Positions 16,401 through 31,400 of a stretch of 64,000 nucleotides of DNA are shown here, in pieces. Position 1 is the first letter of the stretch; the number at the start of each line of letters is the position of its first letter. The notes beneath the pieces are model-generated. The model saw only the letters and a list, made by a program, of their open reading frames with translations. It made no database searches and was not told where the DNA came from. The position numbers were made by a program, and so were the translations under genes. Origin of the DNA: Catajapyx aquilonaris. Its lineage: Eukaryota. The stretch spans positions 1 through 64,000 of the forward strand of contig KZ537978.1 in assembly GCA_000934665.2 (NCBI GenBank). The letters are read 5' to 3'.

Positions 16401-19400
16401 AGGCCATCTTGGCAAAATGGCTGCCATTGGACATGGCTGTGGTCGTTGGCTTCGTGCTACTCGGGAGCACATTTCTTTCCTCCCTTTATGTTTAAAATCT
16501 TAGGCAATTCGTGAATTTGCAGCCAGCTTGAAAGAACAGAACGCATGCAAAACACTCTTGGGTTATATGCAAGCGGAGGAAGAAACGGTCCCAAGGATAT
16601 CGCCAAACTTCGGGTATTAAATTTGCATTAAAAACTTGGAGCAGTTTTGAGAAGAATCCTTAAACTTTAGTCGTACCATCCCTACTGATATACGCAGTGC
16701 TTCACCCGTGACGTCAAAGTTATTTTCGCTCCTAAGGTAATAAAGCGGCCCCTATTCATAAACCGGCGCGCGACACTTGACGCGTCCATTCATGTCGAAC
16801 ACCTAATCTGAACACTATCTCTGAAATGTGTACAAGAAGCCTCAGGCGAGGTTTGGCCCTTTGGCCTAATGCTACAGGTACAGTAAGGCTCTAGCAGTTT
16901 AGCAGGTTCGAGCCTCTGGCAAGAGCAGTATTTTAAGGCGCTTCCTGCCTGCAAAAGGGAGATGTTTGAACATCTGAATTGAAACCGGGAGGCCGTTTTC
17001 TTTTAATGGTGGTCAGTTTGAATGCAGAAACGAGTGGAACCCCGCTGATGGAACTGGGAACAGGACAATTTAACTGTTCCGCAACGCTCTGATTCGCATC
17101 CTCAAGTCCTGGAACTAACTCCCAGGGAACCTTACAGGCAAATTTTTCAAGCAGTAATGCAACCGTCGGCAAAGTAGTCCAAGCCCAACTTTTTTTTTCC
17201 GTAATCAATTTTTTTGGGGAGTCACAATTTTGTCTTGCGCTATTCAGGGTGTTTTTTAAATAATTGAGGATGATGGTTACAGTTGAGCCATTTATGGACA
17301 GTTTTGTACGGTTACCATTTGAGTTGGGTCCAGGATTGGACGTTACATAAGACTTGGCACACATCTTGCGGCTGAAGACGTGCATTATGTGGCCATGTGT
17401 GGCCCGTGACGCAATGGACACGATGCGAGAAAAGAGGATTTAACCATCCTTTTCTTTAAGATTGCTCAGCGTTACGCTTCCATGCGTAGGTTAATGGCGT
17501 GTGCTATCATTTTCGTTATGTTCTGGAGGAAAGCTGGTAACCCCGGAAGTTGCAGCCAATTTGCCAAATGAAAGCAAAATCGGACCAGTTTTGTGGGAAG
17601 CTTGTGTCAACTTTGAGCATCACTTATTTTTTGAAGTGCCAAAACTTTACATCGGATACTTCTGAAGATTGATGACGGGCGGGGTTCGGAACTCGTCTGT
17701 CAGAGCGCTTCACGTTTCGGAGATTTTCTGACGACAGCAGCCAATATAAAGCGGCGGTTTCTCTTTTTCACCGTAATGTGTAAATAAACGCCGCCTGGGA
17801 CGGGGCCGTCTCAGGAGGTGTTGGCAAGGCCATCACTCGGCCATGCTGCAATTACAGTGCAATGTCTGTAGCAAAAATGCGCCTTATACAGGTGTTCGTT
17901 ATATGCGACAGAAACACATCCTCGGAACCGTGTATAGCGCTCTAAAAAGATGGCGTCGATTTTCCTTTGAAATTCCGTTATACACAGGTTGGTCCACATC
18001 CTGTGCTCCGTTATCGTTGTCTAAACGACCTTCATCGAGCTAGTCGTTGCCGTTCAAGCGAACAACTAGCCCGAAGACGCCCGTATGAAATATTGAGTGC
18101 GGCTATTTGGTCGGTCACTCCAGCACCTCTAATGTAGCCCAGAAGAGTCAATAGCCAGCCCATACTAGAGACAAGGAAGGTGGTTTGCCTCGTGGTCCTT
18201 GTCCCGTCATGCACTGCGGCGCACCTAGCGGCCATATTCCCCTCCCCGGTCTCTCTCCCCCCACGGGACATGCCACCTAACAACCCGTAGCTGCCAACTT
18301 GATCTAGCTTCTACCGGAAAGCAGACATGGGTGGATGGGCTAGGGGAAGGCGGGGGCGGATGGCATTTCGTAATGCTGCTTCTGCCCCAATCCGTCCTGT
18401 TGATCGATCCAGTGTAGAAAAGCCGCCCGGAAAACCGGCCCGGAAAGCTAAAGGAGCCTTCCCACCACCCCCTAGAAATGCATTGTTTGCCCATCCACAC
18501 TGTGCTTTATCACTTAGAGATGTTGATGAGGGAGATAGTATGCAGATTCGAAAATGGTGTAGATTGGTTTCAATGGACTTGGGATCCGTATATCTGGTCC
18601 CTGGCAGGCACAGTTTCGATCCGACAATTTTTAGGAGTGTAGTCACGATAACATGGGTGGGGAAGTATTTTGTATGTTTTCGAATAAGGGTGCACGTGCG
18701 GGTGGAGTTATATTGGTCTTGGAAGCCCGGATTCATAAGCTTCTAGGATTAACCCGGTCGGAAGAGTTGGTATGATAGAAATCTTCATTGCAGCTCCCAA
18801 AGTCTGGACTCGTTTCCAATTCCACTCAATTGTACCAATCGATAGAAAAAAAAGGAGGAAAGGGGGAGAAAAATAGAGGATCTACTCTCTCAACATCCGT
18901 GGCTTTATACCTCCCATAAAAGTGGCGATTGTCGTCACAGTCTTTTCTGCCAAGGTCTAGAGAGACGTGCAAAAAAAATAAAAATTTGAGAATGGGGTCC
19001 TAAACTGAGGGTAACTAGAGGGAGTGGGTTATGTTGTATTGATATGTCACGGTGTGAAAATTGATCGTGTCATGGACCGACGGAGACAGGTCGTGAGTAA
19101 ACAGAGGTCAAAAATATCCTAATTTTTTATATTTGAAATTAATGAGGCGAAAAGGCGGCAGGCAGGTTAACACTCGTTTTGCGACATTTCTGGCACAATA
19201 GGGCATTGTGCACGTTTTATACGGTGAAGTTTACACCAAACGAACAACGAAACTGATTTTGTCCGGCGCGTTTGTTACACAAGTTGCGAATTCGTAATTC
19301 GACATGCTTTCGTGCACTTCGGAATGCAAACTTCGGTAATGAGGCTCAGGGAGGACATATGTGACCTGCATAGCATCATGTGATATATTGTCACCCCACA

Positions 19401-22400
19401 CCTTTGAAGTAGGTTCTTGTAGTCATTAATATAATCCAAGATATAAGAGAGGCAGCCCCCCTCTCTGATATAATCTTAACGATCAAGTCAAACTAAGCAA
19501 AAAATGATTTTGAGAGCAAATATTTGCTTAGCGCGGACCTGATTTTTTGAGAGAGCAGGGAAAACTTTGAAGTTGCCGCTATGTTTACCTTAATTTTTTG
19601 GGGTGCTGCATTATTTTTTTTTTCTCGTTCTGCTGCGTGAAAATATCCGGAGGCTTTGCCCTATGATGAGAATAAACACGGGGATAAAAACAAGATGAGT
19701 TTACAGATCAAAGGCCGTGCGTACAAATTCAGGCCTACCAATAGATGGGATTTCATCGTATTCCGGCGTGTGTATGGCGTTACTATTGCAGTTTACAACT
19801 TTTTTAAAAAAATTGCTTTTTCATCTGAATAGCAAAAAATTCAGCACGTTAAAAGAAAATGAAGTGTGATACCTGGGATGTTTTATTCCACATTCACTTT
19901 TCTGGGTTAGGAAAGCAGGTTAAAACAACGCAGAGGACGACCATGTATTCTCTTCCAAATTCCACACGCCTTGTCCTCAGGTAAAAGAGAGCGGTTAGAA
20001 AACGAAAGGTGTAAAACTTTTTTTTCTTCTTCTCTCTTCCCACACATTGATTGGGATATGGAGCGGGCAGAATACTAGTCGTGTCTTTAAAAGTTGACGC
20101 TGCCTAAAAAGGGGATGGTAAATTTGCATATTTTTGCAACCTATGACAGTCAGGTATGTGAGCAGAAAGAATGCGGAGAACCTGAAGGGAAATTTCAAGC
20201 CAAGATTAAATTCATTACTGAGCGTCCGGATTGTTTGCGGTAGATATGACTATCGCAGCTGATTGATACAGGCTTTGGAATAGTGCTATTCAGGGTATTT
20301 TCACAGTTCAAATTTGAGGTTGTGTAAGTAGTTTTATCTGACCGGTATTCATATTGGTTTTTAGAATTTGCTACAGAAGCAATATTATCCGATATTAGTC
20401 ACGTTTGGGTTTTTAGAACACTCCATTAGGAACTCAACATTCCTAACCAAGCACTGCACTGGTGGCCGAATGTGAACGCCATCTGGCAACAAATTTTTCC
20501 CCCCAAATTATGAGCTCAATTGAAATCTGCCACCGACTCGAATGCGACCGCCTAGAAAAAAAATTTCGACCACTGCACTGTCGCGACTCTACGAAATGGA
20601 AACCTTCATTAATTTTTCATATTTCTGCAAACCATTTCGTGCAATTTTCTCCCGGGAAATGTGCAAATCCCACAATCCATGAGGATCCTTGGAAGGACTT
20701 TTCCCGTGACCATATTCGTTGAGCGTGAAAAATTCTGGAAAAAAAACTCAAAAAAAAGAACAACATCCTAGCAAAAATCCCCCGAGGGCTTGAGTGGACC
20801 AGCCAAGAGAATTTTCCTCCCGAGATCAATAAGCAGCCACGTGAGCATTAAACCCCATGAAAGATTACCGAAGGCACCTCTTCTAGCTTAAGTATTTTTT
20901 GGGGGTTAGGTGAGGGTAGAGGTTTTTTTCTAAGAGGAAGTTGCTTCAGGGGGTCACCTTTTTATTCCTAAGCTTATCTATTTTTTCCATGGCGCAAAAT
21001 TGATTTTGAAGCTTACTTACTAGCAGGAGAGTTCTCTTTGAAAGTAATCTTCATTAAAATGGGGGGGGGGGGTAGGCCTACAACATTGTTTTCCAGGCGG
21101 GTGTAATAAAGCGAGTATAACGGTCTCTAAAATCTTTGTGTCCGGAGAAAGAAGTTGATTGCGTAGAATATCTTTAGGCCATTAGGGACAAGGGTACTTT
21201 TTGTGTCGCAGTGCTAGACAACGCTCCCAGTTTACTTCGCATTGCGAATTGGGTAACAAAATTTAGCATGAAAAGTGCACGTCCGCTCTTCTCCACTGAA
21301 ATGTTCGGGCCAAATAAGATTAGGAGCACTCGCATTCGGAAAATAAGAGATATAAACCTTCTGGGAAATTTACGAAATGGGCATATGTCCGCTAGGGTTT
21401 CTTGATCCCATATCCGTCTCGTTTCCGGGCACGAATCCAGGGAATTTTTATGGATAAACCTGGCTGGAATGGGCTGTTTGACTGTCCATACTGAACTGTG
21501 CATTATGCAGAAAGCTCAGATTTTTGCCAATGGGATTTACCTTGCAAATTAATGAGAAGTAGCCTTGAATTACGGCAAAAAACATCAAAGAAAAGGTGAT
21601 AAATCTTTCGAATGAGCGGTTAAAATTCATCTAAAGATAGCTTGCCCTTGAATTTTTTCATATTAAATGCCCATGCAATGCGTAGGATGACCACTTTTTG
21701 TCTCGAACGAATATGGAATAGAATGTAGATGCGAATAGGTAGCGCACACATCCATTTTTCATTCGTAATTTTTATTGGAGCCGATACTTTTGTACTAATG
21801 CCAACAAAGAACGTGACGTCAGGTGTGCTGTCAGCGTGAATATATCGCGTGGTCGTGAAAGCATTCCGGGGACGTGAGAGAAGGTAATTTTACATATCGT
21901 GGCGCATTCTGACAATGTTGCAAGTATTAACTCGTATTTACAATAATGATTCATGAGTCAGTTTTGGAATATATTGTGAAATGGTCTGTTAGAGTGAATA
22001 AGGCCTCCATGGTGTATGAATTCTTTAGGAGCAGTAGCAAGTGTTATTCCAGTAAAACCCCCCTCTATACATTATGATAGTTAGATAAAAGAGGTATTCA
22101 TCAGGAAGCATTTGCCTTGGCATAGTTGTCATCAATTATTGTTCTCCTATGTAGGTACAGTGATTATATTATGCCGTGTCACTTGATTACCACACACGCG
22201 ATGAGAGCACTGTACAGTGCATCAGGGCATTGATTGGCTTGAAGAGAGTCTGGGCATTTTGGGCGGTATGAAGCCCAACGATGGACATCCGGGTACCAAC
22301 ATTCCTGGCGAGAACAATGGAAGCGCGTAGAATGCATGAAAGAAATGGGGAGAGAATCCAGAACCGTGACCCAAGTCCCAGCCTGAGTCACTCAGGTCAA

Positions 22401-25400
22401 ATGCGTCTTGCATGACTTCCAGAAGGTGTCTCCCTGCTAATGAACCGTTGATTTCATTCCGCCACTCTCCCGAGTTGGACTTGAGTATGAGGGTAAAAAA
22501 TGAGAGGGCTCATCTGAAGAGAGGAGAAGGAGGGGGTTAGCTGACCCCGAAACGGGGCTGTTGCACTCTGGGTCCATGGCAGAGACGCAGAGGAATTCCT
22601 TCAGGACGGACGCCATGATGGGAAGGACCAGCAACCAAAAGGGAAAGGAGTAACATGGGCTTTGTGCCGAGCCCGTTATGTTGGCCTTGCACTGGCTACA
22701 CCAAATAGTGCTAGGAAGTGAAAGTGCGATACTATGCTGCATATGTGCGAGTCCTGAGGAACTACATCACATATGCAGCCTTGCCTCCTACAGCACATGT
22801 TTGGTTTCGAAACGTTGCGAAGGTCACGATTGTTATGGTGCAGCCAGCTGATGTGGGAAGGAGGAAATACACTGTACAGTTACAGATTGCAACAAAAAGA
22901 ATCACGTGAAGCACTACACTGTACATGAATATAAATCGGGAGATTCCGGGAGACTGGTTTTGGAATATTGCACAGTGGTTTCTGCTTGGCATATACAATT
23001 CTATGCAGGCAGCCGATATCCGCAGATTATTTGAGACCACGCACGACATTGCAGCAGGATGTCAGAACCCCCTAGCCATGCGCAGTCAGCATGTCGTAAC
23101 CGCGTTGGGCTAGAGTGAGGGTCAAATCGAGTCTGAAACTTGGTGAAATCTAATCCTTTTCACAAGAGTAGGAGACTCCTCCAGCTAGAAGATTGGTTTC
23201 TCAGGCCTGAAATAACACAAGTGTGGACTCTTGCGGCGAAAGGGATAGCCATTCGATTGATTCCCGGTGAAAAGGGGATCTTCCCCTGCAGCAGCATTTC
23301 CACTTCAAAGTCCATAATAGGATATTAGCCTTCGTTACCTTCAGGGCCTGCAAAAGAGACATTTTATTACGGTTTCCTGGAAAGCCCCTCGGAGGTGAAC
23401 ATACACAGTTTCTGTGCAGATATGAGATGAATGAGTGTGGATTGCCTGTGCCGTTACAAACTTCCGCCATATTCGTTGATTATGGCCTGCTGAGGAAAAC
23501 GGTATATTTTGCTTATCTCTCCCTCTCTTTTGGAGGCAAATTGCATATTGTAATGATTCCAAGTGACAAAACTTTGGCTACTTGAGCTTTCACCTGGGCT
23601 ACATTTCTCTTAAAATGAGGGTCAGGACAACGCGAAGAACGTCTTGGGAGGGCGACCTTTTTTTTTGTTGCCGCAGCACTTTGTCGAGAATGTGTCTTGT
23701 CTCACATCCGACTTGGCATCCCCACGGGAACCCGAAAGGAAGTTGAAGACATGTCCCTATGCTGGAAGATTGCGCTCTCCTTTTCGTGCATCTCGCCAAC
23801 GAGGAAGAAAAGGAGTCAGGAATGGCTTTTGGGTCCTGGGAGAGAAACTAGTTCGCCCACTGGATGCTGGGGTAAAAGATGCTGCCTTACCGGTACTTTA
23901 CAGTTAGCTCTGATGCAAGGAACCCCTATAACAAAAGTGCAGGAATTTTTCTGGACGCCGCCTTAGGCAGGGATCATTTGTGGGCTTGGACTTAACGCGG
24001 GCCGTAAACATTTTAATGGGAAGTTTGTATAGCGTGAAAGGTCGCCAAAATTACGCAAAAAATGGCGGGAAGGACCTTCATTTGCATTGCAAACTAGTTT
24101 GAATATTGTGCGCAATTGCGGAAAATTAATGAACATTATAGCGACTCGCAACAATGGTCGTAAATCAGCTAGGTCGAGGTCAATTTTTCTGATTTTAACG
24201 CGCTATTTTACTGCATGCATGTATTGTTGTACACTAATTTAACAGGCGAATTTGCATGTACTGTACTCGATTCGGGGCACAAAATCTGAATCGATGACTA
24301 GGCGTGAAGTAAACTTCCCCAGTTCGGGTGTGGAAGGAATTACTGCGGCTAATTATGCCCAAGGCTTTACAGGGACCGTTGATGAGACCCGTAGACTCTG
24401 AAATTCTCAGCGAGTGTCAGGCAAACGGCGATTTTTGCCACCCCTAATGCCCTCCGAAATTGCGAAACCGCCGGAGACGCTCAGCTTATTTGTAGCAACA
24501 GCAAAAAGCGGAAAGCACCAATTCTGCATTACCCCAACGGGCTTTGCTGAGAGATGGCTGGTATCCCTATAGAAACCATCATCTAGTTTGATCGAGAGAA
24601 AGGAGCTTGGTTGTTTGCCGGGGTGTAAACAAGTCGAGAACGAAAGTGAAGAAAGGTGAAGGAACTTGGGCGGATTATGTCACCATTTTTACTCGCCCAT
24701 TGATGGATGTACACATGCGTGGATCGATAGGCCCTACTTTCAGAGAGGGGGGGGGGAGGGGGGTATGCGTGATAGTACTACGCTCCTACAAAACGGGTAT
24801 CGAGTTTCTGCACTGTAGTCGACTGTTAGGGAGTATCCAGAGTGTGATTTTTCACTCTATTGACCACGAGGGGTGAATGCCAATTCTTAAGACGTCCTTG
24901 CAAGCTTCCTCCCTTTTGTTGTTTAAATCCCCCTGTAGGACAGGTGTTGTAAGTTTGAAAGAGAAGAGCAGACAAAAAAAAGACAGGTGGAAAAGGGAGT
25001 TGGGTAGCCTTGATGGCCTTCACCTTCTCTCAAAAAATGCTCATTGAGATGCTGGTACACAGGTTGGTCGAAGATGGTGCCCATGGAAAAGTTGCGGACG
25101 AGTAAATTAAAATATTGAAATCAGAGCTTGCTGGTCGATAAAGCGCCAAGCGAGTGGAATATGATATGGCACGGTGTATCCATCTGGTGAAACCAGTTCT
25201 TGGCCAAGCCTTGGCGCTAATGAAGGTCCCCCTCCGACGAAATTTAGGCAATAATCCGAGTCGGGCTTCATTAGGTGTAATTCCCCCGAAACATGGGGGC
25301 CCCCAACTACTGCTTTTGACTATACTTGGTCCAACTCCTTCTCAGGCCGTGACCGTCGGGGGGGTTCCTAATTATAGGCTCTCCGGAAAAGATGTTTCTT

Positions 25401-28400
25401 TTGTTGCAGCCCAGAAGGCCCCCTGGAAGAATGTTTTTCCTTCCACCAATTCTCACTCAAGGGTAGGGACCAACAGGTGCTGCTACATACTCTTTAAAAA
25501 AAAAAACAGGACCAGATTTCAGGTTTGGAGAGGCATAAAAACCAGGGAAACTATTCGTTTGCGTGTAACTACAACAGCAGATGGGAGCTTCGGCTATGTT
25601 ATTTTGAAACGCGATTGTAAAAAAGGGTGAATTTTTCAATACCGTGGCGTACATTTGCATCGTAATTGTCGCATGGGCATTAACTAGAGCTGGTTGATGC
25701 GCAGTGAATCGACCAGTATATATTTGCATTGCATTTGATAGAGTAGGCTTAACTGCTTTACATCGACCATGAATCGAACAGTGCGCAGAGTAATGAGTTC
25801 CTGATAGCCATACAGGAAAAAAGGTGTGGTGGCTTGGATGTGGGCGACGTGAAGGACAGGGTGTTCACTAATTTGTGTCCAGTGCACTTGATTGAATAAC
25901 ATGCAGCAGGTGGGAGGAGTTGATTTGCGGAAGCTGACTGACGGGTCACAGCCTAAGCGAGAAAATAATAATGGCGCGCGGTATGGCGACCAACACCACC
26001 GTACATAAGTTGGGTAGACAGAAGCTAGAGGGGGGTATTGCAGGTGTGGCAAACTGTGGCTGAGAGCACTTTTGGGAGATGAAGTCAGCGCTTGCTCCGG
26101 CTTTTAATTGAACGGGCCCAGGATGTGGATTGTGTTTCGCCTGGCTGCCTCCTCTGGTTGCGACTGAATTGTTCGAGAGCCACCTCTTCCTCTGCCGACA
26201 GAATTCTCATTAGAGGCGATGATTCAACCAGCTGTGTATAGGACCGTGCATTGCATTAAAATAGTATTGTCATTGCTTGGAGGGCACGGACACCTGGGAT
26301 GGAACACAACATGGCCGCAGTCAATCAGGACTAGAATTGTGACGTCATTTATTTTATTTTTTTGAAATTTATTTACTACTTTCTGTCCGTTTTGGTTTTG
26401 AATTGGATAGAAACTGGTGGTCGCATTTGCAACTGGCTTCGTAGCGCGATAGGAGCCAATTGGCAGATAGACGCCTGCAGCTTTATCGCAAATCCATTAC
26501 AAGCGGGGAGTGCGGCAGCCTTGGAGACGGATTGGCATAATTGTGGAAGCGTAATTGCTAATGAAGGAGGAGAATTCCCTGTCGGTAGGTAAGGGGTGTG
26601 CGACAGCTTTCTGGCCGTCTCTTGGTTGAAACCGGCAGCTGGGGCTGGAAGGGAAGTCCCAAGCTTCAGGGGGAGTGGATGCCTGCACATGTTGGGTTTC
26701 GGTGAAGTCCCTGGTGGACGCTGCTGCTTTGACCCGTGTCGCATAAATGCACGATCGAGCGGGTGGGTTGTGTTCATACATGAATTCATGGTTGATTCAC
26801 CCAACTGGCGGCAGGGTCACAAAGAAATCCCCAGTGCATATGGACTTTGGACGTCAGGTCGTGTCACACCGACGATTTCGGATATTGGAACTGTGACGGG
26901 TAATAAATGGAACATGAAATGTCATTTTCCGGAGCGAAAAAATTCGCCAGGTGGAAATAATTTCACGTCAGTACCCATCAAGGCCGGCGGCTGCTGTTGA
27001 TATGTGCGGCACATCGCCGAGAAGGAATGTTTGGGGAAGTGAACAAGTGGGGCCAATTGGGAATAGAGGATCATTTATCAAGAGAGAAACAAAAGGAGCC
27101 GTTTGAGTGCAAACAAGGACCGACAGGGTTGTACTTGCTAGGTAATTGATCACCGATGAGGAGAGAAAGGGCCTTGGGAGTCTATTGGCAGGTATTCAGC
27201 TTCTGTTGGTGCAGAGTGTCGCACTTCTCTGGGATATTGTGTGGGGGGTTTCCCTGAGCGGAGAAAAGAGAGATTTCGCCAAAGAAAAACTTGGGTTTGG
27301 TCTGCTATAACTGTTCAGAGGGACACACTCAGGCCAGTAGGGTTACCCATGTGTGAACGGCTTGGTTCATTCACCTGGCCTGACTCCGGTGACATACCTC
27401 GCACCCATTTTCGCCCTATTCCCAGAAATGGTCGAGCAATTGTGGCCAAAAATTACTACGTGCGAGTCTCGCATGCCCGGGTGTTGACGTGCCAATTCAC
27501 GAATCACAGATATATAGCCAACCAACGTAACATGTGAAGGCTACATAAGTCAAAGTGGCGTGTTAAATAAAGAGATCCCTGCTGCATGCTGGGACGCCAT
27601 TTTCTCAGAACTTTCTATAATATACGCTTTGCGCAGTAGACGACTGAGATGAATCGGTTAGAGAGCAAGTTTGGTTGTTTCCCGAAGGCAGCCATGGGTC
27701 TCGAAAGTTTCTCACATGGCGGACCAAGCTGAAACAAGCAACGGAGTCTTGGGTTCCCCGTACAAACAGGCCTGGTGGAAGGAGAGAGAGTGAATCCAGG
27801 GCGGATGTGTGTATGTGCACACATGCAGATTTCCATCTCATGAGGATAGACTGGCCCCAAAGGTGTGGCACGGGCGCTTTTCGTGACTCTGCCGATCGAA
27901 AACTGGTTTTGGGGGACAAAAAAGTCCAGGCCTTAAAGATGTATGGATGTGTCGTGCAAGCTCGGTGCCTAGGCCTCATTTTTGGAGGAAAAAATAGTTT
28001 GGGGGACTTAGCAACAGGAATTAGTTCCATTAGGCCCATGGTGACCAGACCTTGATGTTGTCATTTTGCTGTTATTGTGATGCCTTGATGACTCTGTTTT
28101 GCTGCATGCCTAATGCACCACTTCAGATGGGGCCAATTATTTGTGCTCATTGTTGCCTCGATATTTCAACCCGTTTGTTGTTGGCGTTTTGAGAACAACG
28201 TTAAACTTCCTAATTAAAGAAGGAAAATAGTTTGGGAAAAATGTTCCCGCTGTTTTTTTATGACTGAAACTGGCCTGGCCGTTTCCGGAGCTTGGTGTTA
28301 TTGCTTGGCACATTTTGCGAATTTTCCCGGACTGCAACATCCAGCCTGGGGGTAAAAAAAAATAATTCCAAGCTCCTACCAGCGACTATGTCTAAATTGG

Positions 28401-31400
28401 CCTGACTGGAGGGCAGATCGAGGCGGGGTTCATTCTGCTTGCAAATTACTTGCCAGCCAAAATGAGTGTGCGCTTTAGGGCGATGGAAACCTTTCGGAAG
28501 GTGTTGAGGTGCAATACGCTCTGTAATTAAAAAATTGGCATCCCCAGGTCCCGTCCAAATTGGTCCAATCAGAGTAATGTGCATATCTGACAGTCTCAGT
28601 ATATCGCCGCTTCTGATGAGATCACGCTTAATATTCATCGTGAACAACCGCAGCGTGAATAACTCATCCGACAGGTCTTCTCATTTGTTGCAACAATTGA
28701 CTTGGAAGTCGTTTGGTCTTGCATTATTACGCATTTCACGTGCGAGCCGCGAGTTCGTAAGCAAGACAGACCTGCACGATGAATATTACGGCTATTGATC
28801 AGCTAGACTTTGGGCAGGGAAAAACCCTCTGAGTCAGCTACCCCGAGCACGTTAGTTCTTTATAATGCACATTTGGATAGACTGCGTGACCTCGATTTTG
28901 CTTGGGCAGCACGGGGCCTGTTTGTCAACAAGCTTTTTTCTTTTTGTATTTGGGAGCACAAAGTACTGTAAGTGTACCTACTGATGTAGGTTACATATGG
29001 CGCGTAGGATTCTTGTCAAGTGAATTATAGTACTGTTACGTGTATAGGTGTTCATTAATTATTGAATGCCTTGCCGGTCAAATCGAAAGGTCGTGCATGT
29101 ATTTTTCAGGGGGTAATGCACGATGTGGTTATCGAGCTTGTTAGAGGATGAGGAAATTACAAGTATCAAGTTATTTTTATGCTGGGTGTGTAAATATGCT
29201 CAGTGCTATTATGGCATTGATTAGAGGATTTTGCACAAGGTTAAATGCTAATTGTGACTTCTACTGCTCTGTCCAGCATACATTATAGGACAAAAGGGCA
29301 TACTCATTCGAGTTATGACGGCAAAGTCATTGAGGAAATACTCAATTATTCTTATAGGGAAGGAGTCATTAGCAATTTGATCTCTGAGCGGTCCTGAAAA
29401 ATTACCTGAATGTCGTCGTGCCATTGTAGAAAATGACGACAAACGATATCCAGTACAATTGGTCAGTAACTCCTGCATAATGGACAGGTAAAGCGATTCT
29501 TTGACCTATTCCAAGACCAACATACTATATGTAAATCCTGATTGGCTGGGAGGAATCACTCGGTCGTAGAGAGGCAATGAAATATTGATGACCCTCTGGG
29601 AATAACCGGGACTATCCTGCTGATTAGACAATTCGACCATCACGGGCTGTAACTGAGTCCTCAGCTGTAAGAAGATTCCTTATAATTCCCACAGAGACGG
29701 TACCGCAACTTCATTATCGCCGTGTGCCGTATTATGACATACTGTATATCACATCAAAAAATCAGTAGGAATGGTGTAATTGAATGGTGGAGAGGAATGA
29801 CCAAGGGTGGAGCTTAGCTCTGCCTGGGATGACTGACACATCCAGAGTTATCATGTAGTTACTGTAGGTGATTTACAACTGATGGGGTATTCCAGCTGGG
29901 AATAAGGCTGTAGATTCACTTGTTACCAGCAGTCAATCTGGGCTTTGTGATTTGAGCGAAGAACCATTTTGTTGTTAGGAAGGTGAAAAAAGTATCTTGA
30001 GCTAGGTTTATTCTGTAAGCATATTTCTGCGCCAGGGGAATAATTGTGCCGAAGCCTTTAAACTTCATGAAATAGTCATGCCTGCAGCGGGAGGCAAACT
30101 TCAAGTATGAAGCCTAAATATTGCAGTACCCTTCTTTTCCTGCGAGTAATTAGTTACGGTACTAAACGAGGAGATGTGCTTGATGGAGAACCCCGTTCCG
30201 AGGGGGAGATGCGAGCTTGATCCAGGTGTACTTGGTGCGTGTTGATCTTGCAGGATATCGAGACGAAATACTGTTTATACGGAAGTGATTTCAATAGTCA
30301 CTTATAGGAAGTAAATACAAGGGTACTCGGGATGTATCGGTACTTGTTACATGGCATCTGGTCCAAGAGGGAAAGGCTACTTGAGCGCTTTGTGTGTAAA
30401 TTCTATCGTTTCCGTTATTCCAAGGTAACAATTATAACACATGGGGCGTGTATGTGTGTGTGCGTGCCAGAGAGACTGCCAACTGACCATTTCCCATATG
30501 TTGTTATTGGTTGCTTGGCATAACACCAATTATTGTAGTGATTGCAAGCGTCCTTTCTCGTTGGACTAGCCTGTGCAGCAGAATTATAGGGTGGAGGGGA
30601 TGAGCACTCTGTAATATAGAGGCGCTTTTACTACAATACAACTCTGGCTATTTGTCAGAAACATCAGAAGACCATTTCCCTTTTTCAAGTATTTTTTATT
30701 TGGTCCTTCCATGAACCCTGTAGACACATTTCATGGAAGCAGCGGGAGTCTGTGGTGTAGAATGAATAGGGTGGCATAACATTCTCAGCTAGTAACTTAA
30801 TGTCGCCATTAGAGGGGGCATATTTCATTTGACGACGTTTACATGCCAAAACCTACCGTGGATTTACCTTAGGTTGATAGCACTTGTTCGAGCGCCGAGT
30901 ATGCTTTGCATTAGCTTGAGGGACATGAAAAATTCAACATCAGTTGCCTTCGTGAACAAGTCATTATGTAGATAACACGCCTTTTCTTTCTTATCACTGC
31001 TGCCTCTGTAGAATGTAGGAAAATTTTTGTAACCACTCCAGAGGAGAGAGGACATCTGAATATGACGAAGGAGGCGTGGGAGTTACCTAACAGTTGAGGT
31101 TGAAAAGCACTGATAAGCTTGGGGGATTGTTTTGTGCCCAAAACAACGCCGATGAATTGAAAGGTTGTAGTAGTACCTTTTTGCACATCCATGTTACAGT
31201 GAGATGTGAGATTTTGCAATTGATATTTTAAAAGAAACAACTCTGTAGTTGTCCCGACATTTACAGTAGGCCTATGTTTTGTGGAATAAATTATTGCCTT
31301 CCTATGTCTAAGGAATGTGACTTCAAGGCGACCACAGTAATAAGCCTTGAATTATAATGTACTTATATACGTGTGGATGTGAATAAATTGCGACTCATCT

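Noticed and set aside
24385..24435. ACCCGTAGA seed resembling miR-10/miR-100
   Set aside because: The rest of the mature sequence does not match and the hairpin is poor.
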